Assembly (NCBI GenBank): GCA_009839745.1
Contig: VXPE01000070.1
Coordinates: 24,445 to 88,444, forward strand
DNA from: Candidatus Poribacteria bacterium
GTDB lineage: Bacteria > Poribacteria > WGA-4E > WGA-3G
Direction of reading: 5' to 3'
DNA length: 64,000 nt
The notes under the pieces were generated by a model. It was not told the origin of the DNA. It saw only the letters and a program-made list of their open reading frames with translations, and ran no database searches. Position numbers and translations under genes: made by a program. This document shows, in pieces, positions 26,699 to 36,191 of this stretch. Each line of letters opens with the position of its first letter. Position 1 is the stretch's first letter.

Positions 26699-29323
26699 AT
26701 GAGAAAACCCTCTCGCAAAAAGTGGCAATTTAAAAATTCGGATTTTGATAACAGTTTAATACTGGCATCCGAAGCAGGTGTCTCCCCGTTTGCTGCACAA
26801 CTGCTCATCAATCGAGGAATCAAGACGGCTGCCGAAGCGCGATCCTACCTCTACCCAACGCTTGATGAATTGCACTCCCCTTTTAAATTAGCAGACATGG
26901 ATAAAGCAGTAGAACGGATACACCAAGCGATGTCACGTGGCGAGAAAATCTGCGTCTATGGTGATTACGATGTTGATGGTACAACTGCGACTGCCCTCCT
27001 CCTCAATACATTCCGCCAGATGGATATCCCCGTTGACTACTATATCCCGAATCGGTTTGGAGAGGGTTACGGATTAAGCACAGATACCGTAGAAAAGATC
27101 CACCAGAAAAACAGAGCAAAATTACTCATTACTGTAGACTGTGGTATCACATCGGTGAAAGAGGTGGCGTTGGCAAATCAACTCGGTATAGATGTTATCG
27201 TCACGGATCATCACCAGCCAGAGGCGGAACAGCCGCCGGCGTATGCCCTGATTTCACCGAAGATTCCGGGGAGTGAATACCCTTACACCGAACTCGCAGG
27301 GGTCGGTTTAGCCTTCAAATTAGCACAAGCGTTAGCAGACGATACAGGGTTTCTGGAGTCTCAGCTGGATCTGGTAGCATTGGGGACGGTCGCAGATATC
27401 GCACCGCTGACTGGCGAAAATCGCATTTTGAGCCGCTTGGGGTTAGCAGAACTTGACAAACGCGAACGCCCTGGGGTTCACGCTTTGTGCGAAGTCGCTG
27501 GTCACAAAATTGACACACCGATCGACGGATACGCTATCTCTTTCAAGTTAGGACCCCGTATCAACGCCGCTGGCCGCATGGGTACTGCGGACAAAGTGGT
27601 TGAACTTTTCACAACCGACTCTGAGGATGTCGCAATTCGGGGGGCCTCTGAACTCAATCAGGCAAATCAACTGCGAAGGAAGTTCGGAGATCAGATTCAA
27701 GAGGAGGCATCGAGGATAATTGAAAACGAGATAGATGATGATACCGTGGGGATCGTTGTTGCCAGCGACAAGTGGAACGAAGCTGCCAGCGAGGCGTGGA
27801 ACGAAAAAGAAAAAAAGGCAGTAGAAGGAAAAGAAAAGGGAGTTGTCGGTATCACTGCCGGCCGTTTGATGAATACATTCCACAGACCCGTCGTTATCCT
27901 CGCAATTGACGGTGATGAAGCCACCGGCTCCGGACGGTGTATCGAAGGAATGAACCTCGCCGATAGTTTCGTTGCCTGTACCGAATTGCTCCTGAAACAC
28001 GGGGGACACGCAGCAGCAGCGGGGTTAACACTCAAAACGAAAAACATTCCCGAGTTCAAGCAGGCCTTTAACGCATACGCTGCCGAGCACTTGACAGCAG
28101 AAGATTTGCAACCGAAGCTCGAGCTTGAATTTGAAACGAGGCTTTCACTTTTGACGTTAGAAACGCTAAAGGAACTGGAGCAGTTTGAACCCTTTGGAAA
28201 GGACAATCCAAGCCCGCGTTTCGGGACCCGCCGCGTCAAAGTGGATGGCACCCCGATCGTCATGGGACAAGAGAAAAACCATCTGAAAATGTTTGTTAAC
28301 GACGGCACCGTGAAACGATGCGCACTTGATTGGGGCGGCGCTGATAAACGCATCACCCTGAGCCGTCCGAATACGTCACTCAATATCGCCTTCTCACCCC
28401 AAATCAACGAGTGGCAAGGCAACCGCTCCGTCCAACTGATTCTCGAAGATTGGGAGGTCCACGCCGAAGGTAGAGACAGAAACTGGGATGTATTTCCTCA
28501 ACTTACTGATGAGTCCTCTGTAAAACTTGTTGACAAACGGAACGTTAACAAAAAGAATTACCTTTTAAACTTGCTTGCGCGAGAGGAATCTTGTATAATT
28601 TATGTGCGAGACGAAGATATGTTGGATCTCCTGCTTACAAAACTTTTACCGGAGAGCATCGAAGGCATCGCGCGGCACACGGAGGCGACATTAAAGTCAG
28701 AGGAAACAGCGTTATTGAACCAATTGGAAGCCGGTGAACTGCGGACAATCGCATCGAGTAGTGCTTTTTCTTCGTTGGAAGCATTTCCTTTTGTTAAACA
28801 CGTCGTTTTTTGTCATCTCGCACCGAGCCAAGACCTTTTTTTTAAACGGTGTGAAGCGGCTTTTGGGACCGATGAAACCTCCTATCTCCATCTCATCTAT
28901 AACACTACAGATGAAGCGGAGATGCGCAATTGGATTTCTGAAAAATATCCTACGGGTGACGAACTGCGGCGATTTTACGGGCGCATACGAGCGCTTATAC
29001 AATCCAATGGCACAGATGGCTATCCTGAGGTAGAGATACTGAAAGGTGGATTTGGAACTCCGTCAGCACTTCAAACCGGACTCACTATCTTTGAGGAATT
29101 ACGGTTCATTGAACGGCAGGGGCACCCCGGCAGTAGACTTGTAAAACTCTTATCGGGTGAGAAAAGCGACTTGTCTCGTTCACCCACCTACTTAAGAGGG
29201 GAATGGACGAAGCAGACGAGTCCTGCTTTTATAGAGTTTCAATTAAAAGAAAACATCAAATCTATGTGGGAGCGCATAGGACATGAGTATCAAATCCTTA
29301 GTGAACCAAATTCAAGCATATAA
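26699..29323 (+). CDS. recJ: single-stranded-DNA-specific exonuclease RecJ (long form, 874 aa)
   Basis: DHH motifs 'VYGDYDVDGTT', 'ITVDCG' and 'VTDHH', plus DHHA1 'GGHAAAAG'. I set the start at ATG 26699 because the promoter lies inside the ORF-track extension. Confidence 0.9.
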   Translation: MRKPSRKKWQFKNSDFDNSLILASEAGVSPFAAQLLINRGIKTAAEARSYLYPTLDELHSPFKLADMDKAVERIHQAMSRGEKICVYGDYDVDGTTATALLLNTFRQMDIPVDYYIPNRFGEGYGLSTDTVEKIHQKNRAKLLITVDCGITSVKEVALANQLGIDVIVTDHHQPEAEQPPAYALISPKIPGSEYPYTELAGVGLAFKLAQALADDTGFLESQLDLVALGTVADIAPLTGENRILSRLGLAELDKRERPGVHALCEVAGHKIDTPIDGYAISFKLGPRINAAGRMGTADKVVELFTTDSEDVAIRGASELNQANQLRRKFGDQIQEEASRIIENEIDDDTVGIVVASDKWNEAASEAWNEKEKKAVEGKEKGVVGITAGRLMNTFHRPVVILAIDGDEATGSGRCIEGMNLADSFVACTELLLKHGGHAAAAGLTLKTKNIPEFKQAFNAYAAEHLTAEDLQPKLELEFETRLSLLTLETLKELEQFEPFGKDNPSPRFGTRRVKVDGTPIVMGQEKNHLKMFVNDGTVKRCALDWGGADKRITLSRPNTSLNIAFSPQINEWQGNRSVQLILEDWEVHAEGRDRNWDVFPQLTDESSVKLVDKRNVNKKNYLLNLLAREESCIIYVRDEDMLDLLLTKLLPESIEGIARHTEATLKSEETALLNQLEAGELRTIASSSAFSSLEAFPFVKHVVFCHLAPSQDLFFKRCEAAFGTDETSYLHLIYNTTDEAEMRNWISEKYPTGDELRRFYGRIRALIQSNGTDGYPEVEILKGGFGTPSALQTGLTIFEELRFIERQGHPGSRLVKLLSGEKSDLSRSPTYLRGEWTKQTSPAFIEFQLKENIKSMWERIGHEYQILSEPNSSI

Positions 29324-31490
29324 CCCGGATGCAGAGGTTGAACTTCTGGAGCGTTGTTACCGTTTTGCGCAAGAGGCACACGAGGGACAACAGCGAAAGT
29401 CCGGGGAACCCTATTTCACGCATTGCGTCAAAACGGCTGAGATACTCGCCGAACTCCGACTGGATACACACACGATTTGCGCCGGACTCATGCACGATGT
29501 CCTCGAAGATACAGGGATCACGCGCCAAGAGATGAAGATTCGATTTGGTGCTAACATTGCCAATCTCGTCGAGGGTGTCACAAAGATCGGTCAATACAAA
29601 CTCGGTATCGCCTCCCAAACTACGGAGACTAAAAGCACAGTTGAACACCGTGTCCATCGGAAACGCCAAGCCGAAACCTACCGGAAACTCCTATTAGCGA
29701 CAGCGGAAGACATGCGGGTCATCCTCATTAAACTCGCGGATCGACTTCATAACATGGAAACACTGGAGTTTCTCTCGAGCGAGAAGTGCCAGAGAATTGC
29801 CAAAGAAACATTGGAAATTTATGCCCCAATCGCCCACCGGTTGGGGATTTGGCGTATCATGGGGCGCCTTGAAGACCTTGCCTTCAAGCATCTCTACCCC
29901 ATCGAATACCGAAAAATTGCCGACCTCCTCAATCAGAAGCTCACGGAGCGAGAGGCTTACTGCGAGAAGATGGTTAAGCAGATTCGCGAAGAACTCGAAA
30001 AACGGAATGTTTTCGCCGATGTCCACGGTAGGACGAAGCATATCCATAGCATCCACCAGAAGATACAACAGAAAGGGACCCCCTTCAGTGAAATTCGAGA
30101 CCTCATCGGTCTCCGAATTCTTGTCAAAACCGAGGCTGATTGCTATATAGCGCTCGGTGCCCTTCATAGTAAATGGAATTACCATCCGGACAGACTTCGA
30201 GATTGGATTGGGCAGCCCAAGAAAAACGGGTATCAGTCTCTCCATACCACGATTCTTGATGATGGCAAACCCGTTGAGATCCAGATTCGTACATATCAGA
30301 TGCATAAGATTGCGGAAGATGGGATTGCGGCACATTGGAGTTATAAGGAAGGGTTGCCGATGAGCCAACAAGGGCTTTCCATCTTCGCGAGTTATAAGCA
30401 GGTCCTTGAAGACATACAAGAAACACAAGACAGTCCACATCATTTCGTGGAATCCATGAAATTGGAGCTCTTCCAAGATGAAGTCTATGTATTCTCGCCG
30501 AAAGGCGATCTTTTTAAGCTACCCGCTGGCGCGACGGCGATCGATTTTGCCTATAAAATTCATACGGATGTTGGGCATACCTGTGTCGGCACCGAAGTCA
30601 ACGGCAAGGTTGCCCCGATTCGACGTGTGCTTGAGAATGGGGACCAAGTCAATATTCGGACCCAGCCGAATGGGAGACCGAGTCGGAGCTGGTTGTCGTA
30701 TGTGAAAACCGCCACGGCACGGACAAAAATCAACCAATGGTTTCGTGAAAAGGATAAGGCTGAGGCATTGGAGTTGGGCAAGAAATTGCTCGCAGCGGAG
30801 TTACGGGTTTCCTATCTTAATTCCCGGAATTACCTCAATTCCGAGAAACTGCACGACATTGCGAAGCAACTTAAACTCAAAAATCTTGACGAACTTTTCG
30901 TCCGGATTGGGAACGCGGACGAATCTGCGACGCAGGTCGTTAATTTATTGAAACCTGAGGTGCCGAAACCGGAGACCGAGTCTTCCGAAGATGTGAACGG
31001 TAGGCGAAAACCCGAATCACCGCCGGCTGTCAAACTTGAAAACGATATAGACTTAGGGATGATGCGAATTATGAAGTGCTGTAACCCGATCCCTGGTGAC
31101 CAAGTCGTCGGGTATCTCACACGGGGACGCGGGGTTTCTGTCCATAGATCCGGCTGTATCCGCATTCTCGACGAACCCGAACGGCTCTTAACTGTCCAGT
31201 GGAACGAAAAGCCATCCTCCGAAAACGGAACCCCACCCCTGCCTGTCTATCCCGTCAAAATTCTCGTTGAGTGCAACGACCGCCCCGGTATGCTCGGGGA
31301 AATCACGACTGCCATCGCACAATACAAAGTGAATATCCGTTCTGGAAAGTTTGAACCCTCCGCTGTCCATCATGATGCCGAAGCCTCTGATAACCTGACC
31401 ATAGACGTAACAGGGGCAGAGCAGCTCGAGGCAGTCCTGCAAGCGATTCGGGGCTTAAAAGGGGTCCAGCGTGTCACCCGTGAGTCGTAA
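29283..31490 (+). CDS. bifunctional (p)ppGpp synthetase/hydrolase, RelA/SpoT family
   Basis: HD domain 'HCVKTAEIL..HDVLEDT', synthetase 'GYQSLHTT', then TGS and C-terminal ACT-like regions. It overlaps the recJ end by 41 nt. Confidence 0.92.
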   Translation: MSIKSLVNQIQAYNPDAEVELLERCYRFAQEAHEGQQRKSGEPYFTHCVKTAEILAELRLDTHTICAGLMHDVLEDTGITRQEMKIRFGANIANLVEGVTKIGQYKLGIASQTTETKSTVEHRVHRKRQAETYRKLLLATAEDMRVILIKLADRLHNMETLEFLSSEKCQRIAKETLEIYAPIAHRLGIWRIMGRLEDLAFKHLYPIEYRKIADLLNQKLTEREAYCEKMVKQIREELEKRNVFADVHGRTKHIHSIHQKIQQKGTPFSEIRDLIGLRILVKTEADCYIALGALHSKWNYHPDRLRDWIGQPKKNGYQSLHTTILDDGKPVEIQIRTYQMHKIAEDGIAAHWSYKEGLPMSQQGLSIFASYKQVLEDIQETQDSPHHFVESMKLELFQDEVYVFSPKGDLFKLPAGATAIDFAYKIHTDVGHTCVGTEVNGKVAPIRRVLENGDQVNIRTQPNGRPSRSWLSYVKTATARTKINQWFREKDKAEALELGKKLLAAELRVSYLNSRNYLNSEKLHDIAKQLKLKNLDELFVRIGNADESATQVVNLLKPEVPKPETESSEDVNGRRKPESPPAVKLENDIDLGMMRIMKCCNPIPGDQVVGYLTRGRGVSVHRSGCIRILDEPERLLTVQWNEKPSSENGTPPLPVYPVKILVECNDRPGMLGEITTAIAQYKVNIRSGKFEPSAVHHDAEASDNLTIDVTGAEQLEAVLQAIRGLKGVQRVTRES

Positions 31491-31503
31491 ACTCTATTAT
31501 CTT

Positions 31504-31716
31504 CTATACCGGTGCTGGCATCCTGGAAATAACTTTATCGACTTTTCCGCTCCGTAGACATTTCGTGCAAATGCGTATCCGCCGCGGTCCTTCCGCAGTT
31601 TGGACCCGGACGCGTTGCAAATTTGGCAACCAACGTCGTTTTGTATGCCGCCGGGATTTACTAATCTGGTTGCCCGTTATCGGACGTTTGCTACAGATCG
31701 TACAGACTCGTGACAT
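31504..31716 (-). CDS. rpmB: 50S ribosomal protein L28
   Basis: 'MSRVCTICSKRPITGNQISKSRRHTKRRWLPNLQ'. Confidence 0.92.
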   Translation of the reverse strand: MSRVCTICSKRPITGNQISKSRRHTKRRWLPNLQRVRVQTAEGPRRIRICTKCLRSGKVDKVISRMPAPV

Positions 31717-31830
31717 TGTGCTGTCTCCTTCCTTCCTTCTCTCTTAAAGTGTTGGTGAAACCTAAACATTAATGATACCACAATTGCAATGGAAATGCAA
31801 ATTTCTTTATCGCAAGTCGCAGGTGTCTTC

Positions 31831-31859
31831 TTGCCATACGAGCGGTGATATGCTATAAT
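31831..31859 (+). promoter_or_regulatory. sigma70-type promoter for the uORF/GT4 unit
   Basis: TTGCCA (31831-31836), 17-nt spacer, TATAAT (31854-31859). Confidence 0.55.
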
Positions 31860-31903
31860 TGGATCACAGTATTTGTAGACGCATCCCATTCAAGGAGATA
31901 GAT

Positions 31904-31978
31904 ATGTCATCCCTCGCAGCAGAAACCCTCTTTACACCAATCGTCCCTAAACGTTTAGTATTAAAACAGAAAACATGA
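31904..31978 (+). CDS. 24-codon upstream ORF translationally coupled to the glycosyltransferase gene
   Basis: AAGGAG lies 7 nt before ATG 31904. It encodes MSSLAAETLFTPIVPKRLVLKQKT. Its TGA stop overlaps the GT4 ATG (ATGA at 31975-31978). Confidence 0.35.
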   Translation: MSSLAAETLFTPIVPKRLVLKQKT

Positions 31979-33264
31979 AAGTTGCTTATATCACCGCAGG
32001 TGCCGCTGGCATGTACTGCGGAACCTGTATCCACGACAACATGGTCGCCACGGTCCTGAAAAAACAGGGACATAACGTTTCACTGATTCCAACGTATACC
32101 CCGACCCGAACAGATGAAGCAAACGTGAGCCTGAACCGCGTCTTTTTCGGTGGGATTAACGTCTACCTACAACAGAAACTCTCCTTTTTTAGACACACCC
32201 CGTGGACCTTAGACAAACTCCTCGACAATCCCACGCTATTGAATGGGTTGGCGCGATTCAGTAGTTCGACAGCCGCGCAAGACCTTGGACAACTTACAGT
32301 TTCCATGCTCAGCGCAGAGGAGGGGTATCAAAGCAAGGAACTGGAGAAGTTAGTCAAATGGCTCACCGAAGAAGATAAACCAGATATTGTTTACCTCACG
32401 AATTCCATGCTTGTCGGTTTCACGAGAGAAATTAAAAAAGCGTTAGATGTCCCGGTTATCTGCGCCCTTCAAGGCGAAGATATTTTTCTTCAAGATCTGA
32501 TCGAGCCTTACAGATCAGAAGCATTAACCCTCCTGCGAGAACGTGCTATAGATCCCGATGGCTTCGTGGCACCTTGTGACTATTACGCCCGGTTTATGGC
32601 AGATGCTTACCTTGATGTCCCTATTGATAAGATTGATGTGGTCCCCCTCGGATTAAACATGGACGGCCACGGTTTGCCTGTCCAAAAACCGGAACCCCCG
32701 CCCTTTATTATTGGTTATTTAGCACGCATCTGCCCTGAAAAGGGGTTACACGTCTTAGTGGACGCTTTCCGTCTGGTAACAGGGGTCCTCGGGGCGGATA
32801 ACGTTCAATTGCATGTTGCTGGATACCTCGGCAAGAAAGACGAACCCTATCTTGAAGAACTCGTGAACCAGATTCAGGCATGGGACTTGTCAGACAGTTT
32901 CGTGCATCACGGTGAGGTGACACGCACGCAAAAAATCGAGTTCCTCAACCGTCTCCATGTCTTTTCCGTTCCCACGGTTTACCGTGAATCCAAAGGACTG
33001 TCGATTATAGAGTCGCTCGCCAACGGCGTGCCGGTCATTCAACCGCGGCACGGCGCGTTTCCTGAGATGCTCGATGCGACTGACGGTGGCATCCTCGTTG
33101 AACCTAAATCTTCCGAAGCCGTCGCGGCAGGTATCCTCGAACTCCTTAAGGATACCGATCGGCGTGAACACCTCGGAGCAACCGGGAAAACCAATGTGCA
33201 TCAGAAGTTTAACGATACAATCATCGCAGAACAACTTTTGAAGGTATTTGAAAAGTATACTTAA
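31975..33264 (+). CDS. glycosyltransferase family 4 (GT-B fold)
   Basis: 'ESKGLSIIESLANGVPVIQPRHGAFPEML' (E-x7-E-type region). Confidence 0.82.
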   Translation: MKVAYITAGAAGMYCGTCIHDNMVATVLKKQGHNVSLIPTYTPTRTDEANVSLNRVFFGGINVYLQQKLSFFRHTPWTLDKLLDNPTLLNGLARFSSSTAAQDLGQLTVSMLSAEEGYQSKELEKLVKWLTEEDKPDIVYLTNSMLVGFTREIKKALDVPVICALQGEDIFLQDLIEPYRSEALTLLRERAIDPDGFVAPCDYYARFMADAYLDVPIDKIDVVPLGLNMDGHGLPVQKPEPPPFIIGYLARICPEKGLHVLVDAFRLVTGVLGADNVQLHVAGYLGKKDEPYLEELVNQIQAWDLSDSFVHHGEVTRTQKIEFLNRLHVFSVPTVYRESKGLSIIESLANGVPVIQPRHGAFPEMLDATDGGILVEPKSSEAVAAGILELLKDTDRREHLGATGKTNVHQKFNDTIIAEQLLKVFEKYT

Positions 33265-33328
33265 TGTTTCAAGTGTTGGCGCGCTTTGGAAGTTGCTCTT
33301 GCCACAACAATTAAGAAGGAAGTGGATT

Positions 33329-33805
33329 ATGGCTAAAACATGGCTCATTTTTGTTTTCATGACTGTCTCATCCTGGGGACTTTACGGTGTTTTTCTACAT
33401 CAAGGACAAGTCTCTATGGCGGATCCCGTGCATGGACGCTACAAAGCGTTCCTCTTTGTGGGCCTCGCGTATCTTTTAGCAGCCGTTATCGGTTCCGCGC
33501 TGATGCTCATCCTTAACGGATCTAATTGGCAATTCACAAGTTCGGGTGTCACCTGGTCGTTTGTCGCTGGACTTGTCGGTGCTATTGGCGCATTTGGCGT
33601 GCTACTCGCTTTCGGCGCAGGGGGTCGCCCTGCGGTTGTAATGTCGATCGTCTTTGCGGGGGCACCCATCGTAAACGCCATTGTTGCGACACTCTCACAT
33701 CCACCGGCAGGTGGATGGGGGTCAGTCCGATGGCAGTTTATTGCAGGTATCCTGCTCGCTGCACTCGGTGGCTGTTTGGTGATGCTCTATAGACCCACCT
33801 CATAA
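33329..33805 (+). CDS. small multi-pass membrane protein (possibly DMT/EamA-like half-size)
   Basis: About five hydrophobic helices. ATG 33329 is preceded by AAGGAAG. The ORF-track start at 33248 was rejected. Confidence 0.55.
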   Translation: MAKTWLIFVFMTVSSWGLYGVFLHQGQVSMADPVHGRYKAFLFVGLAYLLAAVIGSALMLILNGSNWQFTSSGVTWSFVAGLVGAIGAFGVLLAFGAGGRPAVVMSIVFAGAPIVNAIVATLSHPPAGGWGSVRWQFIAGILLAALGGCLVMLYRPTS

Positions 33806-33968
33806 GATATATAGAAACAGAACCGCTGGACCTCTGACATCCCCACGTCTCGGAAAGGCGGTTAACCCTCTTTCCCTTCCGATCGCTCTGTCCGTTTTAC
33901 GGAAAAACGCACTTTTGACTATCCTTTTTTACTCAGATGTATCTAATAGGTAAAGAGGGAGAGTTTTC

Positions 33969-34583
33969 ATGTCGATAGGCGAAGCGTGCGGACCCGTGTC
34001 ACACAATCAAGAATTAACGGATGCGAATGATGCCGAGTTAGTCGTCGCTGCACTTGCGGGGAATACACAGGCGTTTGACGTCTTGATCACCCGCTACCGG
34101 CGAGCCATGCTGGCAATCGCGCAACAGATCGTGCGCAATCCTACCGATGCAGAGGATGTCGTGCAAGACGCGTTTTTGAGGGCTTTTGAAGCACTCCCAC
34201 AACTCTCGGATCTGAACCGTTTTGGGGCATGGCTTCACTCAATCACCCGCAATCGTGCCCTGCGCTACTATAAGAGTGCAGGACGTTACCAACCCCAAGA
34301 AGATATGGAACCCTATTTAAACAGGGGTGGAGATACATCGGCTGAAGATCCCGCGCAGATTGTGGAACGTGAATTGACACAGCAAGCAATCAGAGACGCG
34401 ATTCAGGAACTACCAGATGACTTCCGAGTGGTTATTGAACTCTATTATTGGGCAGAGATGCCCCAAAAACGGATGGCTGAATTCCTCTCCGTGCCACTGA
34501 CAACCGTGAAGTGGCGACTCCATAAAGCAAAGGAACTCCTCAAAACGATTTTGGAAAGACAGGGTTACCGTGCGGATATGTAA
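33969..34583 (+). CDS. ECF-type RNA polymerase sigma-70 family factor
   Basis: Region 2 'AFDVLITRYRRAMLAIAQQIV..AEDVVQDAFLRAF' and region 4 'MPQKRMAEFLSVPLTTVKWRLHKAKELL'. Confidence 0.88.
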   Translation: MSIGEACGPVSHNQELTDANDAELVVAALAGNTQAFDVLITRYRRAMLAIAQQIVRNPTDAEDVVQDAFLRAFEALPQLSDLNRFGAWLHSITRNRALRYYKSAGRYQPQEDMEPYLNRGGDTSAEDPAQIVERELTQQAIRDAIQELPDDFRVVIELYYWAEMPQKRMAEFLSVPLTTVKWRLHKAKELLKTILERQGYRADM

Positions 34584-34617
34584 TGGCGCGGTGCTCAGGA
34601 GGCGATAGTCAAAAATC

Positions 34618-36027
34618 ATGGAACAACACAGACCACAAGAGATCAAGGGGCTTTTTCACATGTTGGAACACACCGCAAAGATCGCAGAGGACGCTGCGTT
34701 AACGGGAGCGTTCAGTGGTGGTGAAACGCGGTGCATCTCCCAATTCAATAACATCCTCAAACGTCTCAGGGACATCAACGCGATCCCCGATGGACTTTTT
34801 GAGGAACTGGAAGCAGATGCTTCTTTTAGCCACATTGGCATAGCGTGTCATCAACTTGCCGCCTACCTCAACGAAGAATTGGACACGACTGCGGATTTCC
34901 AAGGCTGGTTCTCCAGTTTCTTCGGCAAACGTTTCATGGAAAATCTAACAGAGGAGTTGTCGGACAAACCCTTCGGCGACCTCATTCGCAAAGCCGTCCC
35001 AGATTTCTTAACCGAGACGACGTTAGAAGACCTTGTCGAAGTCTTCCCCGTTGCTCCCGGTGGAAAACTAACGATCGATGCTGATTTCGGAGCAATTGAC
35101 GTGCAGAGCACAGACACCGATAATGTTTCTGTCCGCGTTCGACGTGCCGCACAGTTGAAAGAAGATCGGCGTGCGGGGGAAATCCTCAAGAATTTTGATG
35201 TCCAGATGACACATGCAGCCGTAGATGTTAAAATTGAGGCAAAATTCAGGGGTCCCGTAAAGCAGTGGAAAAAGGCGAAAAAACGCTTGGATGTCCAATT
35301 TGAAATCGTCGTTCCGCGAAATTACAGGCTTGATTTGAAGACCGCGGACGAGGGAATTTCCGTTGTGGATATAGTCGGAGATGTAAGCACCCACACAGCC
35401 GGGGCAGGACTCCATTTACAAAATATTACCGGACATATCGATGGAACGACTTCCGGTGGAAACATAGATCTCAAGGCGTTTGAGGGCGACGCGACACTTC
35501 GAACGAGTGGCGGGAATATTGCGCTTGACGGCGGCACTGGCGATGTCAAAGCCAAAACGTCGGGTGGCAACATCCAGATGACTGATGTCAGGGGTGCTGT
35601 CAATGGGGAAACCTCCGGCGGCACTGTTACGCTCCGCGGATGTAAAGGCGGCGCAGACGTGAAAACTGCTGGTGGGAGTATAGAGGTAGAAAACGACGGA
35701 CCCGTCCTTGCGAAAACGAGTGGCGGTTCTATCCGCTGTCTGCTCCAAGAGGCAGTTTCCAGTCAGAACTTGCTGCTGGATCTGGAAACAATCGGTGGGA
35801 GTATCAATGTTTCGCTCGTCCCGGATATTGCTGCGACGGTCGAGGCACGGGTGCTTGGCGGTTCAGTCACCACAGAATTCCCGGTAGCTGCAGAGACGAC
35901 AGGGACTGTCAAACCCGATCAGTTGCGGGGAACTATCAACGGTGGCGGTTCACTTTTGAAACTTTTCTCCGTCGGTGGGAACGTCATACTCAGGAAGACA
36001 GAGAGTCACACACCAACAGCAGTATAG
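34618..36027 (+). CDS. DUF4097-type beta-helical protein (possible anti-sigma partner)
   Basis: Repeated 'SGGNI.L', 'TSGGNIQM', 'TSGGTVTL', 'TAGGSIEV' and 'TSGGSIRC' units. It sits immediately downstream of the ECF sigma gene. Confidence 0.7.
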   Translation: MEQHRPQEIKGLFHMLEHTAKIAEDAALTGAFSGGETRCISQFNNILKRLRDINAIPDGLFEELEADASFSHIGIACHQLAAYLNEELDTTADFQGWFSSFFGKRFMENLTEELSDKPFGDLIRKAVPDFLTETTLEDLVEVFPVAPGGKLTIDADFGAIDVQSTDTDNVSVRVRRAAQLKEDRRAGEILKNFDVQMTHAAVDVKIEAKFRGPVKQWKKAKKRLDVQFEIVVPRNYRLDLKTADEGISVVDIVGDVSTHTAGAGLHLQNITGHIDGTTSGGNIDLKAFEGDATLRTSGGNIALDGGTGDVKAKTSGGNIQMTDVRGAVNGETSGGTVTLRGCKGGADVKTAGGSIEVENDGPVLAKTSGGSIRCLLQEAVSSQNLLLDLETIGGSINVSLVPDIAATVEARVLGGSVTTEFPVAAETTGTVKPDQLRGTINGGGSLLKLFSVGGNVILRKTESHTPTAV

Positions 36028-36191
36028 TGTTTTAAAAATAGGACTTACGCCCGTTTTTCTTTTGTAGCATAGGCTGTTAGCCTGTGCCCTGAGGTGCGGT
36101 TAATGCGATATAAACTTTTAGAAATGGTATAACAGAGCGTGCTACGGTCAAAACCGCGTAATTCCTAAAAACTTTGAAAGCAACACGAGCG

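Noticed and set aside
27697-28422. 241-aa minus-strand ORF. Similar cases: 29694-30476 (260 aa), 3894-4550 (218 aa) and 19714-20136.
   Set aside because: These are antisense shadows inside recJ, relA/spoT, ilvB and the alsS-like gene respectively, all of which have strong family signatures.
36037-36067. Short shared strings: AAATAGGACTTA[C/T]GC (36037-36050 and 55774-55788) and TTTTTCTTTTGTAG (36054-36067 and 2934-2947).
   Set aside because: At 14-15 nt they are too short to separate from chance or a shared terminator-like T-run without genome-wide counts.
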